64,000 nt of DNA from the NCBI GenBank assembly GCA_018238155.1, contig JABCTZ010000046.1, positions 318,784 to 382,783 of the forward strand, given 5' to 3'. Below the pieces are notes generated by a model. It did not search any database, was not told the DNA's origin, and worked only from the letters and a program-made list of their open reading frames with translations. Below, one piece after another: positions 10,430-20,511 of the stretch (position 1 is the stretch's first letter; every line of letters begins with the position of its first letter). The position numbers were made by a program, and so were the translations under genes. This stretch comes from Candidatus Heimdallarchaeota archaeon. Its GTDB lineage: Archaea; Asgardarchaeota; Heimdallarchaeia; JABLTI01.

Positions 10430-10516
10430 ATATATTTGATTGTTATTATTAAAACCAATCGAATGTATCCTTGTTTATTTTACTTAAATAGAGCTAATAA
10501 AAAATAAAATTAGTGA

Positions 10517-10843
10517 TTATTTGAAACATCTTTTGAGCTCATTTTCAAATTCACTTGATGATGAAATAATATGAAACATCTCTAATATCCAAGCAATTTC
10601 ATTTAAATCTTCAAAAGTGATTTTTTGAGATATCTTAGATAATTCTTCAGAATATTTTGTGAAATTGTTTACTCTAGTTGTTTGTATAGAGTCATAAATA
10701 GTTTCTATTAGTTTTATCAGACAATCAAAATCTACGTTAGTTTTATTTCGCTGTTTACCGATTATTGATCCTACTGTTTGCCAAATTTCATTGTCTTCAA
10801 AAACAGGTTTCTTGTTTTTGGTTTTGCTGCACCTCTTTCCTTC
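10517..10843 (-). pseudogene. About 108-codon open frame with no ATG/GTG/TTG start near its 5' end (remnant or non-canonical start)
   Basis: Manual translation ...KKPVFEDNEIWQTVGSIIGKQRNKTNVDFDCLIKLIETIYDS...ELKRCFK*; a GAGGTG SD-like sequence lies near its 5' end. Confidence 0.4.
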
Positions 10844-10882
10844 TCAATTGAAGATGTAGAGCAAAAACCAGTTTCTGGTTCA

Positions 10883-12247
10883 TTAGAATAAACAATTATG
10901 AATAGCTTTCACTGTTTCTTTAACATCTTTTCTTCTAACAATAAAATAGTAAGCGATTTCAGATGCTCCTGCGGAAATCATTTCGATATTAATCCCTTTT
11001 TGTGCAACTGCTGTAAACACATTGGCAGCCATTCCTGAAGTTTTCATTAAGCCCTCTCCAACAATACCAATTAAGCTAATATCCTCCTCCAAAGTGATAT
11101 TTTGAATAGTATCACCAATTAAATCAGTAATAACCTTGTAGCTCTTCTGTGAATCATTTGGATTGATGAGCAAATTAATGCATGTTTGTGAAGTAATAAT
11201 TGAATAAATATTAACATCAATTTTTGCTAATAGATTACCAATATCACCTATGATACCGGGTTTGAATCCAACACCTGGACCTTGAATTCGCAAAACGGCT
11301 ATATTGTTATTATATGTTACACTTTTGATAGAAGGTTTGCTCTTTTCAAATTTTGATAATATTATTGTTCCTTCGTTTTGTGGTTGAGAGAAATTACGAA
11401 TAGTAACATTTATCTTTGAGTCTATTAAAGGCTCTAAAGCTCTTGGGTGAAGTATTTTCGCTCCAAAATATGCAAGTTCAGCTGCTTCATAATATGATAA
11501 TTGATTGATTTTCTTTGCTGTTTTTACTATCGTAGGATCAGCACTCATAAATCCATCAACATTTTTCCAAAGAATGATTGTTTCAGCCTCTAATCCACAT
11601 GCTACTACTGTGGCACTATAATCTGAACCATTTCTACCGAAAGTGGTAATTTTATTATTTTCAGAACAACCAAAATATCCTGTTATAATCGGTGTAATTC
11701 CTTTTTGGATTTTAGGTAGAAGCTTTTGCTTCAAATTCTTCTTTACAACTGAAATATTAGCTGTTGCATTTTCAAAACAGGAATCTGTTATTATTCCTAT
11801 TGTATCTGCTTCAAAAGCAAGAGCAACATGATTTTTATCATTTAAAACCCCTGCTAAAAGTATAGCTGCAAGTCTTTCACCAAAACTCAAAATATGCATT
11901 TTAACTGAATCTGTCACTTCTTCTGTAAATGCTATTCCATAAAGTAATCGCTCTAATTTTACTATTTTGATATCTAAAGTATCAATTACTTCTTGTCTTA
12001 TGATATCATTAGTGATTATTTCATCAGCAAACTCCCTATGCTTTTTTCGGATGTTTTGAATAATTGGTTCAATATTACTTTCAGATTTTTGTGCGAACTC
12101 GATACCATTTAGCAATTCATTTGTAATGCCATTTACTGCAGAGACGACTAACACACAATCATCTTTCTCATTTTTAACTATCTCAACAACTTTCAGGAAA
12201 TCTGAAACAGAGCATAAACACCCACCACCGAATTTCATAACTTTCAA
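10883..12247 (-). CDS. lysC: Aspartate kinase
   Basis: VMKFGG, VVSAV, TFGRNGSDYSA, ELAYFGAKILHP; two C-terminal ACT domains. Confidence 0.95.
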   Translation of the reverse strand: MKVMKFGGGCLCSVSDFLKVVEIVKNEKDDCVLVVSAVNGITNELLNGIEFAQKSESNIEPIIQNIRKKHREFADEIITNDIIRQEVIDTLDIKIVKLERLLYGIAFTEEVTDSVKMHILSFGERLAAILLAGVLNDKNHVALAFEADTIGIITDSCFENATANISVVKKNLKQKLLPKIQKGITPIITGYFGCSENNKITTFGRNGSDYSATVVACGLEAETIILWKNVDGFMSADPTIVKTAKKINQLSYYEAAELAYFGAKILHPRALEPLIDSKINVTIRNFSQPQNEGTIILSKFEKSKPSIKSVTYNNNIAVLRIQGPGVGFKPGIIGDIGNLLAKIDVNIYSIITSQTCINLLINPNDSQKSYKVITDLIGDTIQNITLEEDISLIGIVGEGLMKTSGMAANVFTAVAQKGINIEMISAGASEIAYYFIVRRKDVKETVKAIHNCLF

Positions 12248-12285
12248 TCTAAATCCACCTCTGAAAAACTCAACCCTCTTGTAAT

Positions 12286-13335
12286 TTACTTAAGAAACCC
12301 CTCTTGTAAAGCATATTCAGCATTTAGAATAGATGCTCCCGCAGCACCTCTTAGAGTGTTATGTACTAGCAAGAAGAAATTCACACTAGTACCTTTTCTA
12401 CGAACACGACCAATTGTAATTGCCATGCCCAAATTTTTCTCTGTAAGTAAATCACGAGTGGGTTGTGGTCGATCATCCTCAAGTGTGAGTATTATTGGAT
12501 TCATGGGGGCAGTAGGGAATGTGTTAGTATCTAATCCATTAAATGATTTGAAGGATTGATTAATTTCTTCCAAAGAAACATCTTCATTAAAATTTACTAC
12601 AATACTCTCGAGATGACCTTCTAAGACAGGAACTCTTGCACAACTTGCATTGATATCAAAATCAGCATCTTGTATCTGCTCACCATCAAATGTTCCAAGT
12701 ATCTTCTTTGTTTCTAACTCCATTTTCTCTTCTTCACCAGATATGAATGGTATGACATTACCTAAAATATCCATGGAAGCAACACCTTTTTTCCCTGCTC
12801 CTGAAATAGATTGATAGGTTGTAACATAAACTTCTCTAATGTTAAATTTTTGAAGTGGACGCAAACCGAATACTAAACCAGAAGTAGAGCAATTTGAATT
12901 AGTAACAATGAACCCGGTACCAAATTTTTGCTTGCCTACTAATTGTAAATGATTGGCATTTATTTCAGGTATCAAAATTGGAACATCAATATCCATTCTG
13001 TGAGCATTTGTATTGGAAAAAACTGCTATGCCTTCTTTTGCCAGATCTATTTCTATATCATAAGCTAATTTGCTAGGAAGTGCACTAAAAACAATATCAA
13101 GATTCTCTCGAGATATTTCTTTGTCCGTATTGTTAACGATAATAGTTTCTCTGACATTTTCAGGAATATCATTTCTCATATACCAATCAACAATCTCACT
13201 ATACTTTCTCCCGGCAGATTTCTTGGAAGCAGTTAAACTAACGATTTCAAAGTGAGGGTGTGAACCTAATAAGCTCACAAATCTTTGACCGACTATTCCG
13301 GTAGCACCAAGTATTCCAATACGATATTTCTTCAT
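12286..13335 (-). CDS. asd: Aspartate-semialdehyde dehydrogenase
   Basis: ILGATGIVGQRF, NSNCST, QSISGAG, RVPVLEGH, HNTLRGAAGA. Confidence 0.95.
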   Translation of the reverse strand: MKKYRIGILGATGIVGQRFVSLLGSHPHFEIVSLTASKKSAGRKYSEIVDWYMRNDIPENVRETIIVNNTDKEISRENLDIVFSALPSKLAYDIEIDLAKEGIAVFSNTNAHRMDIDVPILIPEINANHLQLVGKQKFGTGFIVTNSNCSTSGLVFGLRPLQKFNIREVYVTTYQSISGAGKKGVASMDILGNVIPFISGEEEKMELETKKILGTFDGEQIQDADFDINASCARVPVLEGHLESIVVNFNEDVSLEEINQSFKSFNGLDTNTFPTAPMNPIILTLEDDRPQPTRDLLTEKNLGMAITIGRVRRKGTSVNFFLLVHNTLRGAAGASILNAEYALQEGFLK

Positions 13336-13352
13336 TTTGTTTACTTTTCTCC

Positions 13353-14069
13353 TTAATTTTTTGTTATCTTTTCATAGTCCTCTTTAGCCAGAATAATAGG
13401 AGGAATGTTTCCCCATGAACAAAGGATATCATCATAAATGACCATCATGCCATCAATTCCATCGGTCATTTTTTGTTGCATAATTGAGAGAATGACTGTT
13501 TGGCTCTTTTCCATTATCTCATTTCCTAAAGCAGTAGCCATAGCATCAGCAAGAATAACATCATCACAAACAACTATTGCTGCATCTGCATTTCCCAGAC
13601 TAATAGAAGGTCCCACTGTTGCAGAAGAGGTACAGATTCCCATTATCTTTTCACTTGGTTCTATTTTGAATCCAAGATTATTGAATTCGTTATTCAATCC
13701 AGAATATATCCCAACTGTAATTGGTGCATCAATATGACAAGCAATATCTCCCCCATTATCTACTACAATATAATCTGCTCCAGCATCTTTTACTGCTTTC
13801 ACAGCAAAATACGCAATTGCTCCTGCAACACAAGCCATAGGACCAACATCTGCAATCGCACTTGCAGTGAACATTCTATCTATGATTTCTGGCACATTGT
13901 TATTTGGTTTATACGATAGAAAAGTTGTACCAAATAAAGCATCTCTCAAAATATACTCTTTAAGAACATCCCTTTGGAAAAGGATCTCATCTTTTACTAC
14001 TTTCAGATACTTGTCTTCAGCCAGAATAGTAACAATTGTTTCCTCAATTCGTAAATGATGTCTTTTCAA
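13353..14069 (-). CDS. UPF0280/ApbE-like protein linked to sulfide assimilation
   Basis: VGPMACVAGAIA, VDNGGDI, GICTSSATVGPSISLGNAD. Confidence 0.85.
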   Translation of the reverse strand: MKRHHLRIEETIVTILAEDKYLKVVKDEILFQRDVLKEYILRDALFGTTFLSYKPNNNVPEIIDRMFTASAIADVGPMACVAGAIAYFAVKAVKDAGADYIVVDNGGDIACHIDAPITVGIYSGLNNEFNNLGFKIEPSEKIMGICTSSATVGPSISLGNADAAIVVCDDVILADAMATALGNEIMEKSQTVILSIMQQKMTDGIDGMMVIYDDILCSWGNIPPIILAKEDYEKITKN

Positions 14070-14082
14070 GTTCTCATCTCAT

Positions 14083-15435
14083 TCAATAGTGTAAAATAGC
14101 TTGTTGTGGACAAACAGCATCACATTGATGACAAGCTGTACATTTTGTTGTGTCAGCGCTAATTTTCCAATCAGACATTCGTACAAAAACATTTGATGGG
14201 CAATAAGCAATACAAAGACCACAATGGATACATCGTTTTTCGTCTCTGAAAACAACTGCATTTTGCACTTGTCGTTTAGGAAAGCTAAACGTTTTCTCTT
14301 TCATTTCAAGCTTTTTCTCTTTCATTGGATTACATCCACCACTAGTTTGCAATGGCTGAACAGCTTGACTAAGAAAGAATTTTCTCTGAGCAATTCTATT
14401 CTTCAAAATTGATGCAATTTCTTTTGCTTTTACGAGACTTGAAATTGAAGCAGTTTTTACATCCTTACCTGATAGTTCTACAATACCAGATTGTAAGTCA
14501 GCATAGCTTGTTGTTTTCATCGAGGGTCTATCTCGAGACTGTATAGAATAATCAATAATATCAGTCAAAATTTGTTCATTTCTCTTAGCTGTACTTTGAG
14601 CAAGTGAAGCATTCAAAATTGGTATGGGAACACCTATCCCCACATATAATGAACAACCGTAGCCTTGAATTGAAGCACCACGTATAAATTCTGGAGTCAT
14701 TTCCTTTAGATTACCTTGTACCATAAGGGTGCTGAAATGAGCATCAGGACTATGCTGCGTGCCATTTCCAGTAATATGACCGGTTCCTCCACCTAGAAAA
14801 ATCCGTGTCCCAAGACCAATTGTTTGTAGAGATGGGTCATTGTTTATTGGAGAAAGTTCACCTGCACCTGAATAGTTAACATTTCCGTGATTCGGTAACA
14901 ACTGACCCATATAAGTAAACAAAGTTTTATTTCCAGAATTTGTTGCAGCATTGTATCGTTCATAGCAATTTCTAGGATTGCTCATAACTGCTTGATTGAG
15001 GTCTGCAAGGGTTATTTCTGTCTCTAACCTTTCTCGAGGATAACAGTCAGTTTTAGATCCTGTTGCTTTTAAGTAGATTGTTTTACCTCGAACAAGATCC
15101 TCTATTACATGTCCTCCACCGTATTTATCACCCAATATTGTTGAAGTTTGTGTTGCACCAATATAAGCATCTACAGCAGCAACGCCTGAATATGCTTCAA
15201 CATCATTTAACCAAGTTTGAGTCATTTTTATAGGAGGATCTGCATGACCAAAGTTTAACCAAACTCCAGAAGAACACATTGCCCCAAAAGTTCCGGTAGT
15301 AACAACATCAACTTCTTGGGCTGCTTTTTCTGCTCCGATTTCTGATACAATATCTTTCATTTCTTCAGCAGTAATAACCACTGCATTTCCTTCAGCAATC
15401 TTCTGGTTGATTTCAGCTATTGTTTTATCTGTCAA
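14083..15435 (-). CDS. L-aspartate-semialdehyde sulfurtransferase (DUF39 homocysteine synthase) fused to a 2x[4Fe-4S] ferredoxin
   Basis: VDVVTTGTFGAMCSSG, YGGGHVIEDLV, NPRNCY; C-terminal CIHCGLCIAYCP and CTACHQCDAVCP. Confidence 0.9.
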   Translation of the reverse strand: MTDKTIAEINQKIAEGNAVVITAEEMKDIVSEIGAEKAAQEVDVVTTGTFGAMCSSGVWLNFGHADPPIKMTQTWLNDVEAYSGVAAVDAYIGATQTSTILGDKYGGGHVIEDLVRGKTIYLKATGSKTDCYPRERLETEITLADLNQAVMSNPRNCYERYNAATNSGNKTLFTYMGQLLPNHGNVNYSGAGELSPINNDPSLQTIGLGTRIFLGGGTGHITGNGTQHSPDAHFSTLMVQGNLKEMTPEFIRGASIQGYGCSLYVGIGVPIPILNASLAQSTAKRNEQILTDIIDYSIQSRDRPSMKTTSYADLQSGIVELSGKDVKTASISSLVKAKEIASILKNRIAQRKFFLSQAVQPLQTSGGCNPMKEKKLEMKEKTFSFPKRQVQNAVVFRDEKRCIHCGLCIAYCPSNVFVRMSDWKISADTTKCTACHQCDAVCPQQAILHY

Positions 15436-15441
15436 AAAAAA

Positions 15442-16242
15442 TCACCCTCGCGGAATATTTGAATTCACCATTTGTTCGGAGGGAGTGTTATTCTCATTTT
15501 GAATCTGTTTTGCAAAATCTACAATTGCCATTTTCAATGGAGAGGTCTCAGGGAGGTCAACTAAGGGTGTCCCTTCTTCATCATAAATCGTTGCTTGGTC
15601 ATCTTGAGGTAAAGCTAAGATATTGTTAAAACCTAACGTCCTTGCATTTGTTATTATCTTTTCAGTATTCTCCTTACGAAGTTTGTTTATAACAAGAAGC
15701 TGTTTTTTAATGGGAATGTTAAGTTCAATAACAAGGGAATGAATCCTTTTTGCAGTCAATAATCCTCGTTTGCTGGGATCTGAAATAATTATCAGCAAGT
15801 CAACATCTCGAGTTGTCATTCTACTAAGATGTTCCATACCCGCTTCATTATCAATTACAACATACTTGTATTGTTCAGAAAGCACATCTAAATGCCTACG
15901 TAAGAGATTGTTCACGAAGCAATAACAGCGCTTGCCTTCTGGTCTTCCCATTGCAAGGAGGTCAAATGAGTCTGTCTCAATTAGTGTTTGATGAAGCAAG
16001 TATTCAATTAGTCTGTCTTTTGGCATAGAATCGAATTTAGGATTTCTTTTCAGCGCTTCCTCTCGAATATCGGCAATGCTACTTACAACTGAAATACCTA
16101 GAACTTCATTCAAATTCATACTTGGATCTGCATCTACAGCTAATAATGCTTCTTTCTCATTTATTAAAGAATCAATTAATAAACCCGTAAAGGTCGTTTT
16201 ACCTGTTCCTCCTTTTCCTGCGACCGCTATTGTATAAGTCAA
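15442..16242 (-). CDS. acsF: CooC/AcsF-type nickel-insertion ATPase
   Basis: GKGGTGKT, VDADP, GRPEGKRCYC, DNEAGMEHLSR. Confidence 0.9.
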   Translation of the reverse strand: MTYTIAVAGKGGTGKTTFTGLLIDSLINEKEALLAVDADPSMNLNEVLGISVVSSIADIREEALKRNPKFDSMPKDRLIEYLLHQTLIETDSFDLLAMGRPEGKRCYCFVNNLLRRHLDVLSEQYKYVVIDNEAGMEHLSRMTTRDVDLLIIISDPSKRGLLTAKRIHSLVIELNIPIKKQLLVINKLRKENTEKIITNARTLGFNNILALPQDDQATIYDEEGTPLVDLPETSPLKMAIVDFAKQIQNENNTPSEQMVNSNIPRG

Positions 16243-16251
16243 TTTTTCTAA

Positions 16252-17271
16252 TCACCTCAATGAATAATTTTCTCTTATTTTATCGGATAAACCTCTAGTC
16301 ATTTGGAATACTGCTAATGCGGTATCTTCATCTCTAGCTCCTAATCCACAAGCAGGAGTTATCAATGATGATTGAATGATCTTCTCTTGAGAGATATTGA
16401 TACTATTTTCAAGTGTAGCTAACAGCTCCTCGAATTTTGAGAAAAGAGATTCGACTGTTTCTCTCTCAATTTGATCTTTTGCTGTAGGAACTAATCCCCA
16501 AGCGATTACACCATCTCTTTTGAGGAAATTTGACAATTCTTTTCGATATAAAAGAAAATTATCACTGTATTCGTAAGCATCAAAAGATATGATTTGGATA
16601 TCGGTTTCTAACAAGAAAGACCAATCTGTATTTGCACAACAATGAACACCTATTTTGCTTTTTGAACTAGAGAGAAGTTCATTTAATGCGTTCTTTATTT
16701 TTTGTTGATCTAGAGAAACAATTGTTGTGCCCATCAAAGACATATAAGGTTCATCAATAAGGATCAACGTTTCTTTTCCGGCTTGAGAAAGAAATCTCTC
16801 TTGCCATCGAATAATACTCGAGAGAGTTTTTACGGTAACATCCATTAATAATTCATTATAGATTATTGGTTTGCCATTTTCATCATTAAGATGCAAACCA
16901 AAACTTACTGGTCCTGTTACATGCCCTTTAATTGCTAAACAGTCTTGAAGATCTAATTCGAGAAAATCATAGATTGATGCAGAATATTCTTTACTTATAG
17001 CAAGTTCCCTTTCAGAGTTAAGCACATATTCAGAGTAAAAAGATTCTATGGATTCAATTTGTGTAGAATCGATATTTACACTTCCATTATTATCTACAAA
17101 ACCAGGGAAGTGTTCAGTAAACATTGTATACATGTTTTCTTTTGAATTTCTATTTGGCAGCTGTGGCCAGAAAGGTAATTCTTTACAGTAATTCTTCACA
17201 AATTCACATGCTTTTTTTGAATCTTTGAATGGTAAACTTCCAATGCCCGTTGGGAGACAGTTAAACTTAAT
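16252..17271 (-). CDS. Core (folate-independent, methyl-corrinoid-dependent, MesB-like) methionine synthase; probable ATT start at 17271
   Basis: Frame extends 5' of the ORF-track start to IKFNCLPTGIGSLP; WPQLP, KGHVTGP, DEPY, Zn ligands GVHCC and TPACGL; no N-terminal folate-binding half. Confidence 0.85.
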   Translation of the reverse strand: MKFNCLPTGIGSLPFKDSKKACEFVKNYCKELPFWPQLPNRNSKENMYTMFTEHFPGFVDNNGSVNIDSTQIESIESFYSEYVLNSERELAISKEYSASIYDFLELDLQDCLAIKGHVTGPVSFGLHLNDENGKPIIYNELLMDVTVKTLSSIIRWQERFLSQAGKETLILIDEPYMSLMGTTIVSLDQQKIKNALNELLSSSKSKIGVHCCANTDWSFLLETDIQIISFDAYEYSDNFLLYRKELSNFLKRDGVIAWGLVPTAKDQIERETVESLFSKFEELLATLENSINISQEKIIQSSLITPACGLGARDEDTALAVFQMTRGLSDKIRENYSLR

Positions 17272-19162
17272 TTTTGATTCCTCCTTTCTTAACTAATAAT
17301 TCAATTGTTGGGAATAGTTCAAGATTTGTATGTGGAATAAAAGAAGCAAGTGTATACTCATCCATGAACTCATAATTGTTGGATAATTCGATATTTGTAA
17401 CAGTTCGAGATAGCTCTTCAGCTTCTATCTGTTTCTCTCTGGATAGAAGAGCAATTCTGGCACCTCCAAGTGAGCCATTTCCAAGGAATTTGATCCGTTC
17501 ATGAGGGATATCCGGAAATAGTCCAATTGTTATCGAAGCTTTGATATTTAGATTGTTGCCAAACCCTCCAGAAACATAGAAGGAATCAAGATCATCAAAG
17601 GATAGACCAAATGATTTTAGCAAGATTAAATAACCTGCATAAAATGCCCCTTTAGTTTTCAAAAGATTTGAGATATCATATTCTGTTAATATAATGTCTT
17701 TTCCTGTTTGAGTTTCCGAACCTTCTAAGAGTAGATATTCTAAACCATGTTCTCCCTTTCGAATACGTCTATTCCCACCCATCTTCAATCTCCCTGCTTT
17801 AGTAAGAACATTGGCTCTGAATAATTCAGCAAGAATATCTACTAAACCTGAACCGCATATGCCTGTTGGTTTCCCTTCACCTATGACAGAAAAAACAGGA
17901 TCCAATGATAGGTAATCTAGAGATACCTTTTCGATTGCACCTACTGCAGCTCTCATACCACACTGTACTTCTGCTCCTTCGAGAGCAGGTCCCGCGGGTA
18001 CGGAACATGATAGAATCCAAGAGCTACATCCAAGAACTATTTCTCCATTTGTTCCAATATCAACTAACATGCTTGGTTTTTCTTTCAGATGTAATTCAGA
18101 GAGGAGCATATTAGATACGATATCCCCACCAACATAGCTTGAAACACAAGGAAGAATGTAAACAAATGCTGAAGAAGCAATATTTAAACCTAATTTACTA
18201 GCTTTGATTTTTGGCAGATGTCTAAAAACCGGAGTATACGGTTCCTTCCAGATATAGGAAGGATTTACTTTGAGTAATAAATGACTCATAACAGTATTTC
18301 CCGAGATAGAGACAGCTTTGATATCATTAGAATCCACTGAGAAACCTTTGATAAGGTTATTAATATCGTTTATAAGAAGCTCTTGAATTTTCTTCAGATT
18401 TTGTTCTGAAGAAGATGCAAAATGTATTCGAGTGATCACATCTTCACCGTAAATCATCTGACTATTGATTGCTGTAGTTGTATCAATGATTTCTCCTGTA
18501 GATAGTTTCAGAAGATTGATTGCTATTGTTGTGGTACCAATATCAATTGCTAAACCTAACAATTCTTGGTTTTTCACTTTAGATATTTCAGATACTTCTA
18601 CGAATCCTTGAACAATACTCTCGAGAGTAACTTCTACTTTCCAATTATTTTCTCTCAATAATTGAGGAAGTTTTTGAAGCAAAGCAAAGGGTATAGATAT
18701 CTTACTTTCAGAGTAATGTTTATTTAATTCTGCTAGAAGCCTGTCCATATCAGAGAGATTGCTGTAATTTTTTGGTGGAGCGATATTAACAATAATTTGT
18801 TTGATTGAAGGATTTATTTTTATTTCAGAGCCAACACACTTCACGAGTATTTTTTGATTTGTAACAATACTTTCATTTGGAACGTAGACTTTCGCATTCC
18901 CTTTCACTTTTGTTTGGCAAGCTAAACAATAACCTTGATCTAGTTCTTCTTGAGTGAATATTTTCTCATGAAAAATGCCTTTTTTGGTTATTTTTCCTGA
19001 TAATACCAGTACAACACATTTTCCACACTTTCCATGTTCACCACAGGGAATATTAAGAATAATACCTGCTTTCTTTGCAGCTGTTAGGATGGTCTCTCCC
19101 AAAGGTATTTCTATACTTTGATTATTGGGTTGAAATATAACTGAAACCATTTTATCAACCAT
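17267..19162 (-). CDS. acsV: Reductive activator of corrinoid protein (RACo/AcsV; [2Fe-2S] plus ASKHA ATPase)
   Basis: CGEHGKCGKC..LACQ, DIGTTT, DIGTNGE, AGPALEG, GICGSG. Start placed at the TAATG overlap with the upstream stop. Confidence 0.88.
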   Translation of the reverse strand: MVDKMVSVIFQPNNQSIEIPLGETILTAAKKAGIILNIPCGEHGKCGKCVVLVLSGKITKKGIFHEKIFTQEELDQGYCLACQTKVKGNAKVYVPNESIVTNQKILVKCVGSEIKINPSIKQIIVNIAPPKNYSNLSDMDRLLAELNKHYSESKISIPFALLQKLPQLLRENNWKVEVTLESIVQGFVEVSEISKVKNQELLGLAIDIGTTTIAINLLKLSTGEIIDTTTAINSQMIYGEDVITRIHFASSSEQNLKKIQELLINDINNLIKGFSVDSNDIKAVSISGNTVMSHLLLKVNPSYIWKEPYTPVFRHLPKIKASKLGLNIASSAFVYILPCVSSYVGGDIVSNMLLSELHLKEKPSMLVDIGTNGEIVLGCSSWILSCSVPAGPALEGAEVQCGMRAAVGAIEKVSLDYLSLDPVFSVIGEGKPTGICGSGLVDILAELFRANVLTKAGRLKMGGNRRIRKGEHGLEYLLLEGSETQTGKDIILTEYDISNLLKTKGAFYAGYLILLKSFGLSFDDLDSFYVSGGFGNNLNIKASITIGLFPDIPHERIKFLGNGSLGGARIALLSREKQIEAEELSRTVTNIELSNNYEFMDEYTLASFIPHTNLELFPTIELLVKKGGIKN

Positions 19163-20511
19163 TATTTTTTCCTCCAAATTTTGTTCAAATAATAAGCAAT
19201 ATCTGCTGAATCTGCAGGTCCAACAAGAACTTTCCATGAAGACGCATCCTCAATTTCTGAGGACATTGGAGAAAGAAAACCAGGGATGATGATTGTATTA
19301 TGGTCTACTTTTGAAGTAAGGTTCTCAGAATTTATTGCCTCAGCAATCTTCTCTGCTGATAATTTATCTGCAGCATAAGCTGTTAGAACAGATGTACCTT
19401 CTGTATCTAAAACAAGTAAATAGCTAGGGTAACCACATGATTCGATATCATTTGAAACGGTGAAATAAGTCAATGAAAAATTAGTTGTAAGAAATACAGG
19501 TGAATTCTTATCAACTTCACCAAAGGTGTATACTCCAGGATCTACTTGTATTGGTTTTTGAGGGTCTGTAAAGATGTTTTGACGTAAAACTAATAGAGGT
19601 GCCAATTGATTGAGTGCATTATCACTCAGCACCATTATTGAAGAATATTTTATTGATAATAGACCCGCAAGTAATATTTCTTGTGCAAACTCTTCTTGGG
19701 AGTGTTTAAACGGAAAACTAATAATTGGATAACCAAAATCACGTTTTTTGTTGTAAACAGCATTCCATCGTATCAAAATTTGATTTTCTATTGTCTCTTG
19801 AATATTACTTCCTGTACAATCCAACACTAGATCTTTAATTCCTTGTTTTTTAGCTAATGAAACTAACTGTACTAATCCATCAATCCCTTTTTGTGAGGAT
19901 AGAATAACTGATGTTTGATATTTTTCCGCTAATCGCAAAATCTCCTGCAGATTGTCCTCTCTTCCAAAACCAATTAACACTTGAGAATTACTAAGTAATT
20001 GTAGAGCCTCTTCTAATACTTCTGCTCTAACACTAAGAAGACAAATTGGTAATCCAGTTGCATTCTGAACATTTTTCACCAATTTGACGAATGGTTCTTT
20101 TTTCTTGGAATCATTAGATAAAGCAATCATATTTGTTGAAAGTTGATCTGCAAGGCGCTCTATTGATTTCTTCTTAATTTTCCTCTTAATGGATTCTTCT
20201 GAATCTAAATCTGAAATCATTATACAAAGAACTGTTTCGTTAAAGAATTTCTTTTCGTGACGATAGAATACAGTTTCACCACCAAAATGTATTTCTTCGT
20301 TCCCTCTTTTTGTAGTAATTTCTTTAACAGGAGGTAAAGTTGCTTCATCTAATTGAGTTTTAATTTCATCTGCTAAATACGGGCATTCAGATGCTTTTGC
20401 ATTTTTTTGTGCTAATCTCATTGCAAATGCTAAACATGTAGGCAGTCCACATTCTCCACAATTTGTTTTCGGAAGCAATTTATAGTAATCGAGTGTATTA
20501 GACATTCTCAA
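19162..20511 (-). CDS. acsC: Corrinoid iron-sulfur protein large (gamma) subunit
   Basis: LPKTNCGECGLPTCLAFAM..CP, IFTDPQKP, TTNFSLTYF, SVLTAYAA. Confidence 0.93.
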   Translation of the reverse strand: MRMSNTLDYYKLLPKTNCGECGLPTCLAFAMRLAQKNAKASECPYLADEIKTQLDEATLPPVKEITTKRGNEEIHFGGETVFYRHEKKFFNETVLCIMISDLDSEESIKRKIKKKSIERLADQLSTNMIALSNDSKKKEPFVKLVKNVQNATGLPICLLSVRAEVLEEALQLLSNSQVLIGFGREDNLQEILRLAEKYQTSVILSSQKGIDGLVQLVSLAKKQGIKDLVLDCTGSNIQETIENQILIRWNAVYNKKRDFGYPIISFPFKHSQEEFAQEILLAGLLSIKYSSIMVLSDNALNQLAPLLVLRQNIFTDPQKPIQVDPGVYTFGEVDKNSPVFLTTNFSLTYFTVSNDIESCGYPSYLLVLDTEGTSVLTAYAADKLSAEKIAEAINSENLTSKVDHNTIIIPGFLSPMSSEIEDASSWKVLVGPADSADIAYYLNKIWRKK

